IMG/VR virus record: IMGVR_UViG_3300021964_000019
Strand: one strand, 5' to 3'
Source of the DNA: an uncultured virus (IMG/VR IMGVR_UViG_3300021964_000019)
Taxonomy: Duplodnaviria > Heunggongvirae > Uroviricota > Caudoviricetes
Length of the DNA stretch: 64,000 nucleotides
In this document: positions 18,649 to 27,141 of the stretch, in pieces
Layout of the letters: each line of letters starts with the position of its first letter
Position numbering within the stretch: the first letter of the stretch is position 1
Position numbers and translations under genes: made by a program
The notes under the pieces: model-generated
Seen by the model: only the letters and a program-made list of their open reading frames with translations
What the model was told of the DNA's origin: nothing
The model's database searches: none

Positions 18649-19149
18649 ATGAAAAAATATTTAATTATATTAGGACTATTAACTTTTAGTGTTTCTGCCT
18701 ACGCAGAAAATGTTCCTATTCAAGGAACAGTACAATCTAGATGTGTTATTTCTGTAGACACCCCGGGTGTTTATGGAAACCCAAATGCCTATACTCTAAC
18801 AACAACAGCTACAGATGGTGGTGTACAACCTATTGTTAGATATGATGTAACTCTTGCTGATGCCTATTATGCTCAGATTACAACTCCAACTGAGTTTTCA
18901 TCTAGCCCATCTTTAAGTGATACAGTTACGTGGACTGGTTCAACAGAAGTAAGTTCACTAAGTGATGCTACAGGCATGGGGTCATATGAAACAAATAAAA
19001 CTACATTTGGTCAAACAACTCAGTACGATTTAACCGCAACAGGATCTACTTGGTTTAAATCAAGTTCAAGCGCGACTTATGGAGGTAATAAAGCATTTCC
19101 AGGAGGCACTTATACTGCGCACGTAGAAGCTGTATGTATTGCCCAGTAA
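18649..19149 (+). CDS. Fimbrial (chaperone-usher type) pilin-like exported protein
   Basis: Signal peptide ending AYA; N-terminal V.IQGTVQSRC.I and C-terminal GTYTAHVEAVC alternating strand; Thr/Ser-rich all-beta. Confidence 0.55.
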   Translation: MKKYLIILGLLTFSVSAYAENVPIQGTVQSRCVISVDTPGVYGNPNAYTLTTTATDGGVQPIVRYDVTLADAYYAQITTPTEFSSSPSLSDTVTWTGSTEVSSLSDATGMGSYETNKTTFGQTTQYDLTATGSTWFKSSSSATYGGNKAFPGGTYTAHVEAVCIAQ

Positions 19150-19150
19150 A

Positions 19151-19525
19151 ATGAAAAGACTTTTATTACTTCTAATATTCTTAATAATTCCTTTCTCTGT
19201 GATAGCACATGAAATGGTACCTACATATCCAAAATGGAGACTATCATACATTGAAGATCTTTTAGTCACAGAGATGGAAATGTTTAATAAAAGAGCTGAC
19301 GTTAAGTATTATGAAGTAGCAGTTTTTGATGAAGACTGGAACCCTATTCCTTTTGTAACTTCTTATAGAGTAATAAAAGTTGATTATTTATCAAGAGTAA
19401 AGTTTGATGTTTATATAAGAATACAAGATAAAGATAGGGCAAAATATATTTGTTCTAGGTCAAAACTAACAGATAATAAAGGTAGTGGTATATCTTCTAT
19501 GATATGCTCTAAGTTTAAGGAGTAA
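19151..19525 (+). CDS. Exported Ig-like protein, PapD-N pilus chaperone-like
   Basis: Signal peptide; MEMFN...YYEVAVFDEDWNPIPF...RVKFDVYI pattern; C-terminal Cys pair. Confidence 0.45.
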   Translation: MKRLLLLLIFLIIPFSVIAHEMVPTYPKWRLSYIEDLLVTEMEMFNKRADVKYYEVAVFDEDWNPIPFVTSYRVIKVDYLSRVKFDVYIRIQDKDRAKYICSRSKLTDNKGSGISSMICSKFKE

Positions 19526-19526
19526 G

Positions 19527-19928
19527 ATGAAAAAGATTATTTTACTACTATCACTTATCCCTTCCTTAGCTTTAGCAGAAAACAGTTCTTTGAATTTAGC
19601 CCTTCCTTCTACTCCTAGCACTTATGGTCAAGATAGTTTTAAATCTGGAGAAATGGATTGTAAAAATGCTATCGGAGGTTCAACAAATTTTGAATTTGGA
19701 GTGACGGGAATTATTGATAATTATGAAAGCCCATTTAGTAACAGTTCTGGGAATAGTTCAAAAGATGTAGGTGTATATGCAAGAATCACCATTCCTTTAG
19801 ATGCTCCAAAAGAAAGAGTTAATTGTAATACTCTTTACCAACTTGAGTTAAAAAGAAAAAGGTTAGAGATTCAAAAACTTGAACAAGAGTTGGCAAGGCT
19901 TAGAGCTTTGTCAGAAGAAGGTAAATAA
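19527..19928 (+). CDS. Exported protein with beta-hairpin and coiled coil (possible oligomeric pore subunit)
   Basis: Signal peptide ending ALA; strands NFEFGVTG and VGVYARITIPL bracketed by two Cys; C-terminal coiled coil. Confidence 0.55.
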   Translation: MKKIILLLSLIPSLALAENSSLNLALPSTPSTYGQDSFKSGEMDCKNAIGGSTNFEFGVTGIIDNYESPFSNSSGNSSKDVGVYARITIPLDAPKERVNCNTLYQLELKRKRLEIQKLEQELARLRALSEEGK

Positions 19929-19930
19929 TA

Positions 19931-20221
19931 ATGGATATAATTTTAGATAATAATGTAAATCAAGTAGCAAAAGATTGTTTAGATGCTTTTGGGTATGATA
20001 GAAATTTACCTGTAGAAGAACGATTCATAGATTTTCCTTTTAATGAAGCAGCTGACTGCTTAACAAATACTAAAATATATGGATTATACATTCCTCAACT
20101 TGAAGCAACAAGAGAGTTTTTAGAACAAAATCCCGGATGGAAAGTGCCTGGAGGCAGTATTAGACATGTTGACCCTTGTTGGGGTAAAGTTCGTAAATAC
20201 CACACAGATGGAGGATGTTAA
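19931..20221 (+). CDS. Hypothetical protein
   Basis: 96 aa ORF in tight operon. Confidence 0.55.
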   Translation: MDIILDNNVNQVAKDCLDAFGYDRNLPVEERFIDFPFNEAADCLTNTKIYGLYIPQLEATREFLEQNPGWKVPGGSIRHVDPCWGKVRKYHTDGGC

Positions 20222-20439
20222 TGAGTGATTGGAATCAAGATCATTTCTACACAGATAATTATAAAAAAATAATGTTAGGATTAGGTATTTTTGTGGCTCT
20301 TGCTTTTGGATATATTACTTTTTTGTATTTTGAGTATAGAGTAGAAATAGCTCTTTGGGAAACTACTTTTGTATCACCTGCTCATTTTTGGAGTCAAGTA
20401 CCTGATTGGGAATGGAGACCGGTATGGCAAAAGACTTAG
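20215..20439 (+). CDS. Small membrane protein
   Basis: One TM helix, Trp-rich C-terminus; SD GGAGG. Confidence 0.55.
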   Translation: MLMSDWNQDHFYTDNYKKIMLGLGIFVALAFGYITFLYFEYRVEIALWETTFVSPAHFWSQVPDWEWRPVWQKT

Positions 20440-20996
20440 GACAAGAACTTGAAAATATGGAAGAAGGTATTGAGAACCTTAAGAATAAAGAGTTCCGAAT
20501 TCTTGGTATTAAAGTAACCTTTATGAGTGTATCAGCACTTGTTGCTGTGCTTGGTTCAGTTCTTGGTGCGCTTTATGGTGGATTTCTAATGTATCAAAAG
20601 GTAGAAGAAGTAGCTGGTCTCGATATTGGTGCGTTTGAACAGCGCATGGAAGTGATAGAGACTAAACTTGATGAAGCTGTTGACTATACAAGAGATATTA
20701 AAGGCGATTTACGAGATGATATTCTTGCTATTGAAAAAACTGCTGATCGTGTAGAGGATGAAGTAAGAAAAATTGAAGGCGAAGTTCGCTCAATCGTGCA
20801 AAATGCCGAAGAGCGCTTTGAGAATAAACGTGATAGACTGCAAGTTGATTATGACGAAAAAGCGAATAGACTACAATCATCAAATCAAAGCCGTATGGAT
20901 GACTTAGAGGCAAAAGTAGAACGTGAACTAAAAGATTTAGAAGATCGTCTTAATAAGAAATTACAAAGAGCCTTAGACAATCCTTTAGCTAATTAG
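20424..20996 (+). CDS. Membrane-anchored coiled-coil protein
   Basis: TM helix followed by long heptad coiled coil; SD GGAG at 20414. Confidence 0.75.
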   Translation: MAKDLGQELENMEEGIENLKNKEFRILGIKVTFMSVSALVAVLGSVLGALYGGFLMYQKVEEVAGLDIGAFEQRMEVIETKLDEAVDYTRDIKGDLRDDILAIEKTADRVEDEVRKIEGEVRSIVQNAEERFENKRDRLQVDYDEKANRLQSSNQSRMDDLEAKVERELKDLEDRLNKKLQRALDNPLAN

Positions 20997-21009
20997 GGAG
21001 AAAGATAGG

Positions 21010-21483
21010 ATGGATCCGGTTAGTGCATTAGCAACAGCAAGTGCAGCATTTAATGTTATTAAAAAAGGATTTGAAGTAGGAAGAGATATAGAACAGATGG
21101 CTGGAGATTTAGGTCGTTGGATGTCTGCTATGTCTGATTTATCTGAAGCAGAGCGTCAAGCTAAGAATCCTCCACTTTTCAAAAAACTTATGTTCAAAGG
21201 TTCTGTCGAAGAAGAAGCGATGGCCACATTTGCTGCAAAGAAAAAAGCAGAACAGATGAGAGAAGAGCTTAAGCAATATATTTCATGGACAATGGGACAA
21301 AAAGCTTGGGATGAACTTATTCGTATGGAAGGACAAATTAGAAAAGAACGTCAAGAGACTATATATAAACAATCACAAAAAAGACAAAAATTTATTGAGT
21401 GGGTGTGTATCGGATTAGCTTGTACTATTGGTTTAAGTCTTTTAGGATTTTTTGTTTATATTCTTAAAGGATTAAGTGGATGA
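21010..21483 (+). CDS. Hypothetical protein with C-terminal TM helix
   Basis: MDPVSALATASAAFN N-terminus, helical body, hydrophobic C-terminus. Confidence 0.75.
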   Translation: MDPVSALATASAAFNVIKKGFEVGRDIEQMAGDLGRWMSAMSDLSEAERQAKNPPLFKKLMFKGSVEEEAMATFAAKKKAEQMREELKQYISWTMGQKAWDELIRMEGQIRKERQETIYKQSQKRQKFIEWVCIGLACTIGLSLLGFFVYILKGLSG

Positions 21484-21716
21484 TAGATACGTTAAGACTA
21501 CGAGTAATTCAGATGAGAGAACTACATGATTTACCAGAACCTTATGGAGATTTAGAAGATAAAGTAAATAGAATTAAATCTGATATATTTTTATTCAAAG
21601 CAAAAAACTCCTACTTATATTCTGAAGAGTCTGCTAAAAAGATAAAAACAACAGAAAAAGGAAAACCTAGTCTTTCAGATAAACTTCAAAGTTTACAAGC
21701 TAAGGGCAAGTCATAA
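21480..21716 (+). CDS. Hypothetical protein
   Basis: ATGA overlap with upstream gene. Confidence 0.55.
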   Translation: MIDTLRLRVIQMRELHDLPEPYGDLEDKVNRIKSDIFLFKAKNSYLYSEESAKKIKTTEKGKPSLSDKLQSLQAKGKS

Positions 21717-21734
21717 TAATTTTAAATTAAATAT

Positions 21735-21763
21735 TTGTCAGCTGCTACAAAATAATACATAAT
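21735..21763 (+). promoter_or_regulatory. Sigma70-type promoter, probably leaderless
   Basis: TTGTCA-N17-CATAAT; ATG 21770 lies 6 nt after the -10 with no SD. Confidence 0.55.
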
Positions 21764-21769
21764 ATTAAT

Positions 21770-22015
21770 ATGAGAATAAGAAGAAAGGTAACAAACGGAA
21801 CCAAAGCTTGGGAAAGAGTTGGATCAGATGTTAGAGCATTTGATCGACCTTCTTTGTGTACTTTTTACACACCTGCGGGAAGAATGGTTACGAGGCCTCA
21901 TAGAGGAAGACCTTCTGGTTCAGGATTAACTGATGAAGAATGGTGCGCCTACTATACACCATTTAAGAATCAAGCAATTAATAGAAAACAATTCTATAAT
22001 AGAAAAAGGAGATAA
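21770..22015 (+). CDS. Small Arg-rich hypothetical protein
   Basis: 81 aa basic ORF. Confidence 0.6.
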   Translation: MRIRRKVTNGTKAWERVGSDVRAFDRPSLCTFYTPAGRMVTRPHRGRPSGSGLTDEEWCAYYTPFKNQAINRKQFYNRKRR

Positions 22016-22017
22016 AA

Positions 22018-22311
22018 ATGGCTGCAAGAATGAAGTCCGTCAGTGGACAAACTAGAGATTATTTTGACTCTTATAAAAAAACTCCAGGTGGAGGAACAAA
22101 TAAGAGCGGTATTAATTCAAATGAAAAATTGAAAAAAGCACCTTTTGGAAGTTCTGGCATGAGTGCTCCTGTTAAAGACAGAGTATCAGCTATGGAACCA
22201 CAGTACGGACTATCTCAAGGTCCTAAAGGTGGTAGAGTTAACAAAACTGGGCGTAACATGGGTGGAAATGGTAAAGGTAAATTTCCTAACATGGTAAAGG
22301 ACATGAAGTAA
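22018..22311 (+). CDS. Basic Gly/Lys-rich, probably disordered protein
   Basis: SD AGGAG; low-complexity composition. Confidence 0.7.
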   Translation: MAARMKSVSGQTRDYFDSYKKTPGGGTNKSGINSNEKLKKAPFGSSGMSAPVKDRVSAMEPQYGLSQGPKGGRVNKTGRNMGGNGKGKFPNMVKDMK

Positions 22312-22312
22312 A

Positions 22313-22597
22313 ATGGCTGAAAAATACGCTGGACCTAAAAGAGAATCTTTTGAGAAACGCTTAGCCCGTTCAAAAGAACTTCAGGGTAATGGCGAGATTA
22401 AGACTATTGGCGATAGAGTTTATAGATTTATTGGTCAGAATGAAATTAATAAACAGACCGAAGAAGCTATGAAATATGATGAAGCCAATAAGTATTATGA
22501 AAGAAAATCCCAGATAGAAAATATAAAAAACGTGGGAGAATTTTCCTCAGCTACAGGTTCTATATATAATCCAAAAGTTGTTAAATATTCAAAATAA
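22313..22597 (+). CDS. Hypothetical protein
   Basis: 94 aa ORF, 1 nt after upstream stop. Confidence 0.65.
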   Translation: MAEKYAGPKRESFEKRLARSKELQGNGEIKTIGDRVYRFIGQNEINKQTEEAMKYDEANKYYERKSQIENIKNVGEFSSATGSIYNPKVVKYSK

Positions 22598-22623
22598 ACT
22601 TTTGAATGTTGTAAACCTTTTAA

Positions 22624-22664
22624 ATAGAGGAACTGTCTCTACGACAATTCCTCTATATTTTTTT
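22624..22664 (+). terminator. Intrinsic terminator
   Basis: ATAGAGGAACTGTC-loop-GACAATTCCTCTAT followed by T run. Confidence 0.65.
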
Positions 22665-22674
22665 GGAGAAGACA

Positions 22675-22821
22675 ATGGATATTACAAATGTAGATGCTTT
22701 TAAGTCTAACTATGGCTTAAAAAAGAAAAAGAAACAGAAAGTTAAAATTAGAACTCTTAAGAAAAGCTCCGGTTTTTCCCATGGAATTGCTAATGCACCT
22801 ATTCGCAAAAAAGTGAGGTAA
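22675..22821 (+). CDS. Small Lys-rich protein (not in ORF track)
   Basis: 48 aa MDITNVDAFKSNYGLKKKKKQKVKIRTLKKSSGFSHGIANAPIRKKVR; SD GGAG. Confidence 0.55.
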   Translation: MDITNVDAFKSNYGLKKKKKQKVKIRTLKKSSGFSHGIANAPIRKKVR

Positions 22822-22822
22822 T

Positions 22823-23986
22823 ATGCCTTTAGCTAATGTTCATTACGATATGTTCACAGCAAAGCAGGGAGTAACCCGTGCAGGTAATGTTACGTGGTCT
22901 GGTGCTTGGGCTAACAATTCTTTAGGAGTTAAGACTAATAGTGTTCAATTAAGAACCTATGTTTCTGGAGATACTAATAGTGCTGTATTATATCCTCCAG
23001 CAGGGCGTGCCACATCTTATGGTCCTTTTATAGAGAGGACTTTTCAAGGAGATGGTTATGGATATATTGCAGGAGGCGCACAAACATCAGGTACTACTCC
23101 TCATGAGCAAATATGGGGCATGGGAGTAGGACCAACTAGTGACACCATTCAAAAATTCCCACTCTCATCTGATTTAGGAATAACAGATGTAGGTAATTTA
23201 ACCCAAGGAAGGCACGGTACTTCTAGTACAGCTAGTAAAACCCATGGTTATACTGCAGGAGGTTATTTATATCCCACTACAGCTTCTTCAAATATTATAG
23301 AAAAATATCCTTTTTCCTCTGATACTGATTCTACTGATGTAGGAGATTTAGCTGTAACTAGATCTTATACTGGTGGGACTTTTAGCCCTACAGATGGTTA
23401 TGCTATGGGTGGTCAAAACTCTACAGGAGTACCTAGTCCTACAATAAGATATACTAATATAGATAAATATCCTTTTTCTTCTGACACAAACGCTACTGGA
23501 ATTGGTAACCTAACTGAAGGTAAAATGTCGCCTGCTGGTCATGCTAGCACTACTCATGGATATAGCTCAGGAGGTGAACTAAATCCAGGAGAATCTACTC
23601 GTATAGATAAATTTCCCTTTTCTACAGATACGCCGATTAGTTATATAGCAGATATGACTATCGGAAAAACTAGCGCTGCAGGAATATCTAGCCCTACCAA
23701 TGGATATTCTCTATCTGGGTTTACAGGATCAGGATCATCTACTGATGTTGTAGATAAATTTCCTTTTACTTCTGACGCAAATTCAACAGATATAATGGAG
23801 CTTGCAGTTGCAGGTGATAATGGGACTGGAATTTCTTCTACAGAAAGAGGGTATCATATGCCTGCTCCAAATAACGGAACAGGAGCTAATTTATATTATT
23901 TCAACTATTCTAGCGATACAACTCATAGTCCAAGAACACAAGGACTAACCGTAGCAGTTTCAAGAACTTCAGGTACGCAAGTATGA
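22823..23986 (+). CDS. Kelch-like beta-propeller repeat protein (probable virion protein)
   Basis: About six ~48 aa repeats GY..GG...IDKFPFSSD.N.TDVG.LT..R. Confidence 0.7.
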   Translation: MPLANVHYDMFTAKQGVTRAGNVTWSGAWANNSLGVKTNSVQLRTYVSGDTNSAVLYPPAGRATSYGPFIERTFQGDGYGYIAGGAQTSGTTPHEQIWGMGVGPTSDTIQKFPLSSDLGITDVGNLTQGRHGTSSTASKTHGYTAGGYLYPTTASSNIIEKYPFSSDTDSTDVGDLAVTRSYTGGTFSPTDGYAMGGQNSTGVPSPTIRYTNIDKYPFSSDTNATGIGNLTEGKMSPAGHASTTHGYSSGGELNPGESTRIDKFPFSTDTPISYIADMTIGKTSAAGISSPTNGYSLSGFTGSGSSTDVVDKFPFTSDANSTDIMELAVAGDNGTGISSTERGYHMPAPNNGTGANLYYFNYSSDTTHSPRTQGLTVAVSRTSGTQV

Positions 23987-25002
23987 CACTACGTAAATTT
24001 AACTTTAGATCTTTGAAAGTAGAAAATGTTACCGCAGGATCAAATGTTGTATTTGGTACTGCTAATGTTAGTTCTTCTGTTAGTAATACAACTATCGGGT
24101 TTGTAACAGGGTGGCCTAGTGCTTATCATCCTCCGCCACCGCCACCTCACTATCAAGGAAGTGTAGCTGGTTACTCATCAGGCGACTTAACCACTGATAA
24201 ATTTCCTTTTACATCTGATACTGATGGTTCACTTGTTGGAAACTTATCAGTGCAGAGAATTTTTGTTACTGGACAGTCTTCTTCTACACATGGATATACT
24301 TCAGGAGGTTCTGAAGGAGCAACATATTATAATATAATCGACAATTTTCCTTTTTCTTCTGATACTAATTCAACAGATGTTGGAGATTTATCCACTGTAA
24401 GAAGAGGCGGAGCAGGGTCTTCTTCTGAGTCAAACGGTTATAATACCGGGGGAAATACTGGTACTCCTGATTCTCCAACAGGCACAACAGTTATTGATAA
24501 ATTTCCCTTTAGTGCTAACTCTCCCGCTACTAATATAGCAAGTTTAGTAAATTCGGTGAGAATTGCAGCAGGTCAAAATTCTTCTACACATGGATACTCT
24601 TCTGGAGGATTTCCTTCACCGTCTTTATATATTCAAAAATACTCATTTGCTTCTGATGGAAACGCTACATCTGTTGGAAATTTAACAGCTGCACGATATA
24701 ATATGACAGGACAGTCTTCTGACACACACGGATATACAGCAGGAGGTAGTTCGCCAACAAATAGAATTGATAAATTCCCTTTTGCTTCTGACACTAATGC
24801 TGCTACTGTAGGCAGTTTAGTAGGCACAAGGTTTGGTCATGCAGGACATTCTTCTACTACATTTGGTTATGTTTCTTCAGGACAGACTCCATCATATAGT
24901 ACAGAGATTGAAAAATTTCCATTTTCTTCAGATACTAACTCCGCTTTAGTTGGAGATGTTGCTAACATTCATGAAAGTGGAGTAGGCGGAACTCAAGTAT
25001 AA
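23983..25002 (+). CDS. Kelch-like beta-propeller repeat protein, paralog of upstream gene
   Basis: Same repeat, poly-Pro linker, shared C-terminal GTQV. Confidence 0.7.
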   Translation: MTLRKFNFRSLKVENVTAGSNVVFGTANVSSSVSNTTIGFVTGWPSAYHPPPPPPHYQGSVAGYSSGDLTTDKFPFTSDTDGSLVGNLSVQRIFVTGQSSSTHGYTSGGSEGATYYNIIDNFPFSSDTNSTDVGDLSTVRRGGAGSSSESNGYNTGGNTGTPDSPTGTTVIDKFPFSANSPATNIASLVNSVRIAAGQNSSTHGYSSGGFPSPSLYIQKYSFASDGNATSVGNLTAARYNMTGQSSDTHGYTAGGSSPTNRIDKFPFASDTNAATVGSLVGTRFGHAGHSSTTFGYVSSGQTPSYSTEIEKFPFSSDTNSALVGDVANIHESGVGGTQV

Positions 25003-25030
25003 AAAAAGAGGGCTTAGCCCTCTTTTTTTT
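25001..25030. terminator. Bidirectional intrinsic terminator
   Basis: AAAAAAAGAGGGC-TTA-GCCCTCTTTTTTTT between convergent gene blocks. Confidence 0.88.
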
Positions 25031-25568
25031 AAACTCCAGAGGATCCAAATCCTCCTCGTTTTTGTGCTAGTTTTGCAGCCATTTCGGATTTAAGATCAGT
25101 TCCTGTTTCTTTCATTTCAGATTCAATTGTTTCTTCAATTTTTCCATACTCAATTTTAACTTCTGGAACAGCACGAATGCAAGCTTGTGCGATTCTGTCG
25201 CCTGGAAAAATATTAAATGCTTCTTTGCCTGCATTATACAAAATAACACCGATTTCACTTCGATAAGAGTAGTCAACAGTTCCTGGCGTGTTTAATACTG
25301 TAATTCCGTGTTTTAGTGCAAGACCGCTACGAGGACGAACTTGAAGTTCCCATCCAATAGGAAGCTTTACTTTCATTCCTGTACCGAATAAATGATATCC
25401 TCCTGGTCTAAGAGATAATCCGTCTTTAATACAGGCACGAAGATCAAATCCCGCATCATGTGGATAGTTTTGAAACAGTTTCCACTCTTTAATATTAGGG
25501 TGAGTCGGGCTGTCGATTAAGAACTCTGCTAGTTCAGTGGTTTCGATTTTAATATCAACTGTTGACAT
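25029..25568 (-). CDS. dut: Trimeric dUTPase
   Basis: AGFDL, RPRSGLA, PGTVDYSYR, GDRIAQ, RGGFGSSG motifs. Confidence 0.95.
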   Translation of the reverse strand: MSTVDIKIETTELAEFLIDSPTHPNIKEWKLFQNYPHDAGFDLRACIKDGLSLRPGGYHLFGTGMKVKLPIGWELQVRPRSGLALKHGITVLNTPGTVDYSYRSEIGVILYNAGKEAFNIFPGDRIAQACIRAVPEVKIEYGKIEETIESEMKETGTDLKSEMAAKLAQKRGGFGSSGV

Positions 25569-26409
25569 GGTTTTGTAGTTCCTTCCATACTTCTTCGCCG
25601 TCTTTTCCTGCAAGAACAGCATCTTTGTTATACCGTTTTAGATTAATCATACGTTCATTCTTTTTTAAGAGTTCTTCACTATCGTTTAGATTATGAATAT
25701 ATTTAGAACGACCTTTTAGAGGTAGCGCAGCAATAAGATTATCTAGTGTTTCATATTCTTTTGCAAGAGCTTGAGCGCGCTTTGGACCAATTCCTTCTAC
25801 TCCAAAAATGGCGTCAGATTTATCACCCTCGATATATCGAGAAAATAGATATAGTTCTGGACTAATATCAAAAGTTTCATCTAAGTAGTCTAGATCAATC
25901 TCTTTGCGAGAAAACATATTAAAGATGGAAACATTGCTATCTAATAGTTGATACAAATCTCTATCTGATGAGATAATCCAAGTGTGATCATAGTCTTGTT
26001 TACAACTCTCAACAAAATATGTAATAAGGTCGTCAGCCTCAATACCTCTATATTTCATCTTATCAAAAGGCAAATTTTCATATGTCATATTTAAGCAATC
26101 AAAGAATGCCTGATACTTTGCGATTTCTTCTGGTTCTTTTGGTTTTTTACGTGTTGATTTATACTCATCACTCATATCTGAGCGAAAGTAGCTTTTTCCA
26201 AAATCAAAACATACAATAATACGACCAGCTGAATAGCTTTTACCTAAACTTTCAATAGTTTTGATATAGTCATCACTAAAACTATCATAATTACGTCTTT
26301 GAATCCAGCGATAAGCTAGATTGTTACCGTCTACTAATAGTAAATTATTTCCATTACTATAATCTTCCTGCATCTCTGCAAGATCATTCCAACCTTTTAC
26401 ATCGTTCAT
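25555..26409 (-). CDS. 5'-3' exonuclease / flap endonuclease (T5 D15-like)
   Basis: LLVDGNNLAYR, EADD, SSDRDLYQL, GDKSD...GVEGIGPKRA. Confidence 0.92.
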   Translation of the reverse strand: MNDVKGWNDLAEMQEDYSNGNNLLLVDGNNLAYRWIQRRNYDSFSDDYIKTIESLGKSYSAGRIIVCFDFGKSYFRSDMSDEYKSTRKKPKEPEEIAKYQAFFDCLNMTYENLPFDKMKYRGIEADDLITYFVESCKQDYDHTWIISSDRDLYQLLDSNVSIFNMFSRKEIDLDYLDETFDISPELYLFSRYIEGDKSDAIFGVEGIGPKRAQALAKEYETLDNLIAALPLKGRSKYIHNLNDSEELLKKNERMINLKRYNKDAVLAGKDGEEVWKELQNHVNS

Positions 26410-26438
26410 GTGAACTCTCCATCTTTATGTTATAAGTA

Positions 26439-26467
26439 ATAATAGCACAAAGATAGGCACTGGTCAA
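26439..26467 (-). promoter_or_regulatory. Sigma70-type promoter
   Basis: TTGACC-N17-TATTAT with extended TG. Confidence 0.7.
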
Positions 26468-26910
26468 ATCTTATTTAACTTTTTGTACTGATCTAACCAA
26501 TCAGAAAGTAGTCCCATCTTAAACTTATGTTCAAAAGCATTAACATAAACATAGTGATCTATTTCTAAATCATCATCCCAACAAATAAAATCTTTAGAGC
26601 GATTCCAACGATAGATTAGTAGAGGTTTCTTTTTCATCACCTCTGCTTCTCTAACAGTCTGTTTCCAAAATTGATATATCTCAGTTGATTTAGCTGTTAA
26701 AAGATTATTCCAATTTACTTCTGCATAGTGTTTACACTCTATACAGTAAGGCCACGCAGCAGTATCAAAAGGTGTCCAAAGGTCTCCCTTTAGATACTCG
26801 ATTGACCCACTGAGTGGCATACGTTTAAATTCTATTTTAAGTTCTTTTGTTAAGATGTCTCGTATTTTTGATTCATACGCTCCACCCTTTATTTTACTTT
26901 TACTTGCCAT
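26464..26910 (-). CDS. Holliday junction resolvase-like nuclease (T5 D14-like)
   Basis: SKIKGGAYE, RMPLSG, KGDL, IECKHY PD-(D/E)xK pattern. Confidence 0.85.
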   Translation of the reverse strand: MASKSKIKGGAYESKIRDILTKELKIEFKRMPLSGSIEYLKGDLWTPFDTAAWPYCIECKHYAEVNWNNLLTAKSTEIYQFWKQTVREAEVMKKKPLLIYRWNRSKDFICWDDDLEIDHYVYVNAFEHKFKMGLLSDWLDQYKKLNKI

Positions 26911-26916
26911 ACTAAA

Positions 26917-27141
26917 TTACCCCAATAGTTTTGATAATTCAGTATAACCTCCTACATAATTATTGTCAACTAAAATCTGAGGGACTGATCTTATTTCCTT
27001 CCCAAGCTTTTCTACTAGCTCTTCTTTAGTAATATCTTTTCCAACTGTAAATTCTTCATATTCAATATTATGTTTTTGCATAAGTGTTTTTGCCATCTGA
27101 CAATATCCACATACAGGTGTTGAATAAATTATAGCTTTCAT
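26917..27141 (-). CDS. Glutaredoxin
   Basis: CGYC, SVPQI, VGGYTEL; next to nrdB. Confidence 0.92.
   Translation of the reverse strand: MKAIIYSTPVCGYCQMAKTLMQKHNIEYEEFTVGKDITKEELVEKLGKEIRSVPQILVDNNYVGGYTELSKLLG

Noticed and set aside
22823..25002. Recurring GATAAATTTCCTTTT-like DNA repeats suggesting a CRISPR array or DGR template/variable repeats
   Set aside because: In-frame protein repeats with synonymous variation; no constant repeat-spacer period, no cas or reverse transcriptase gene in the window
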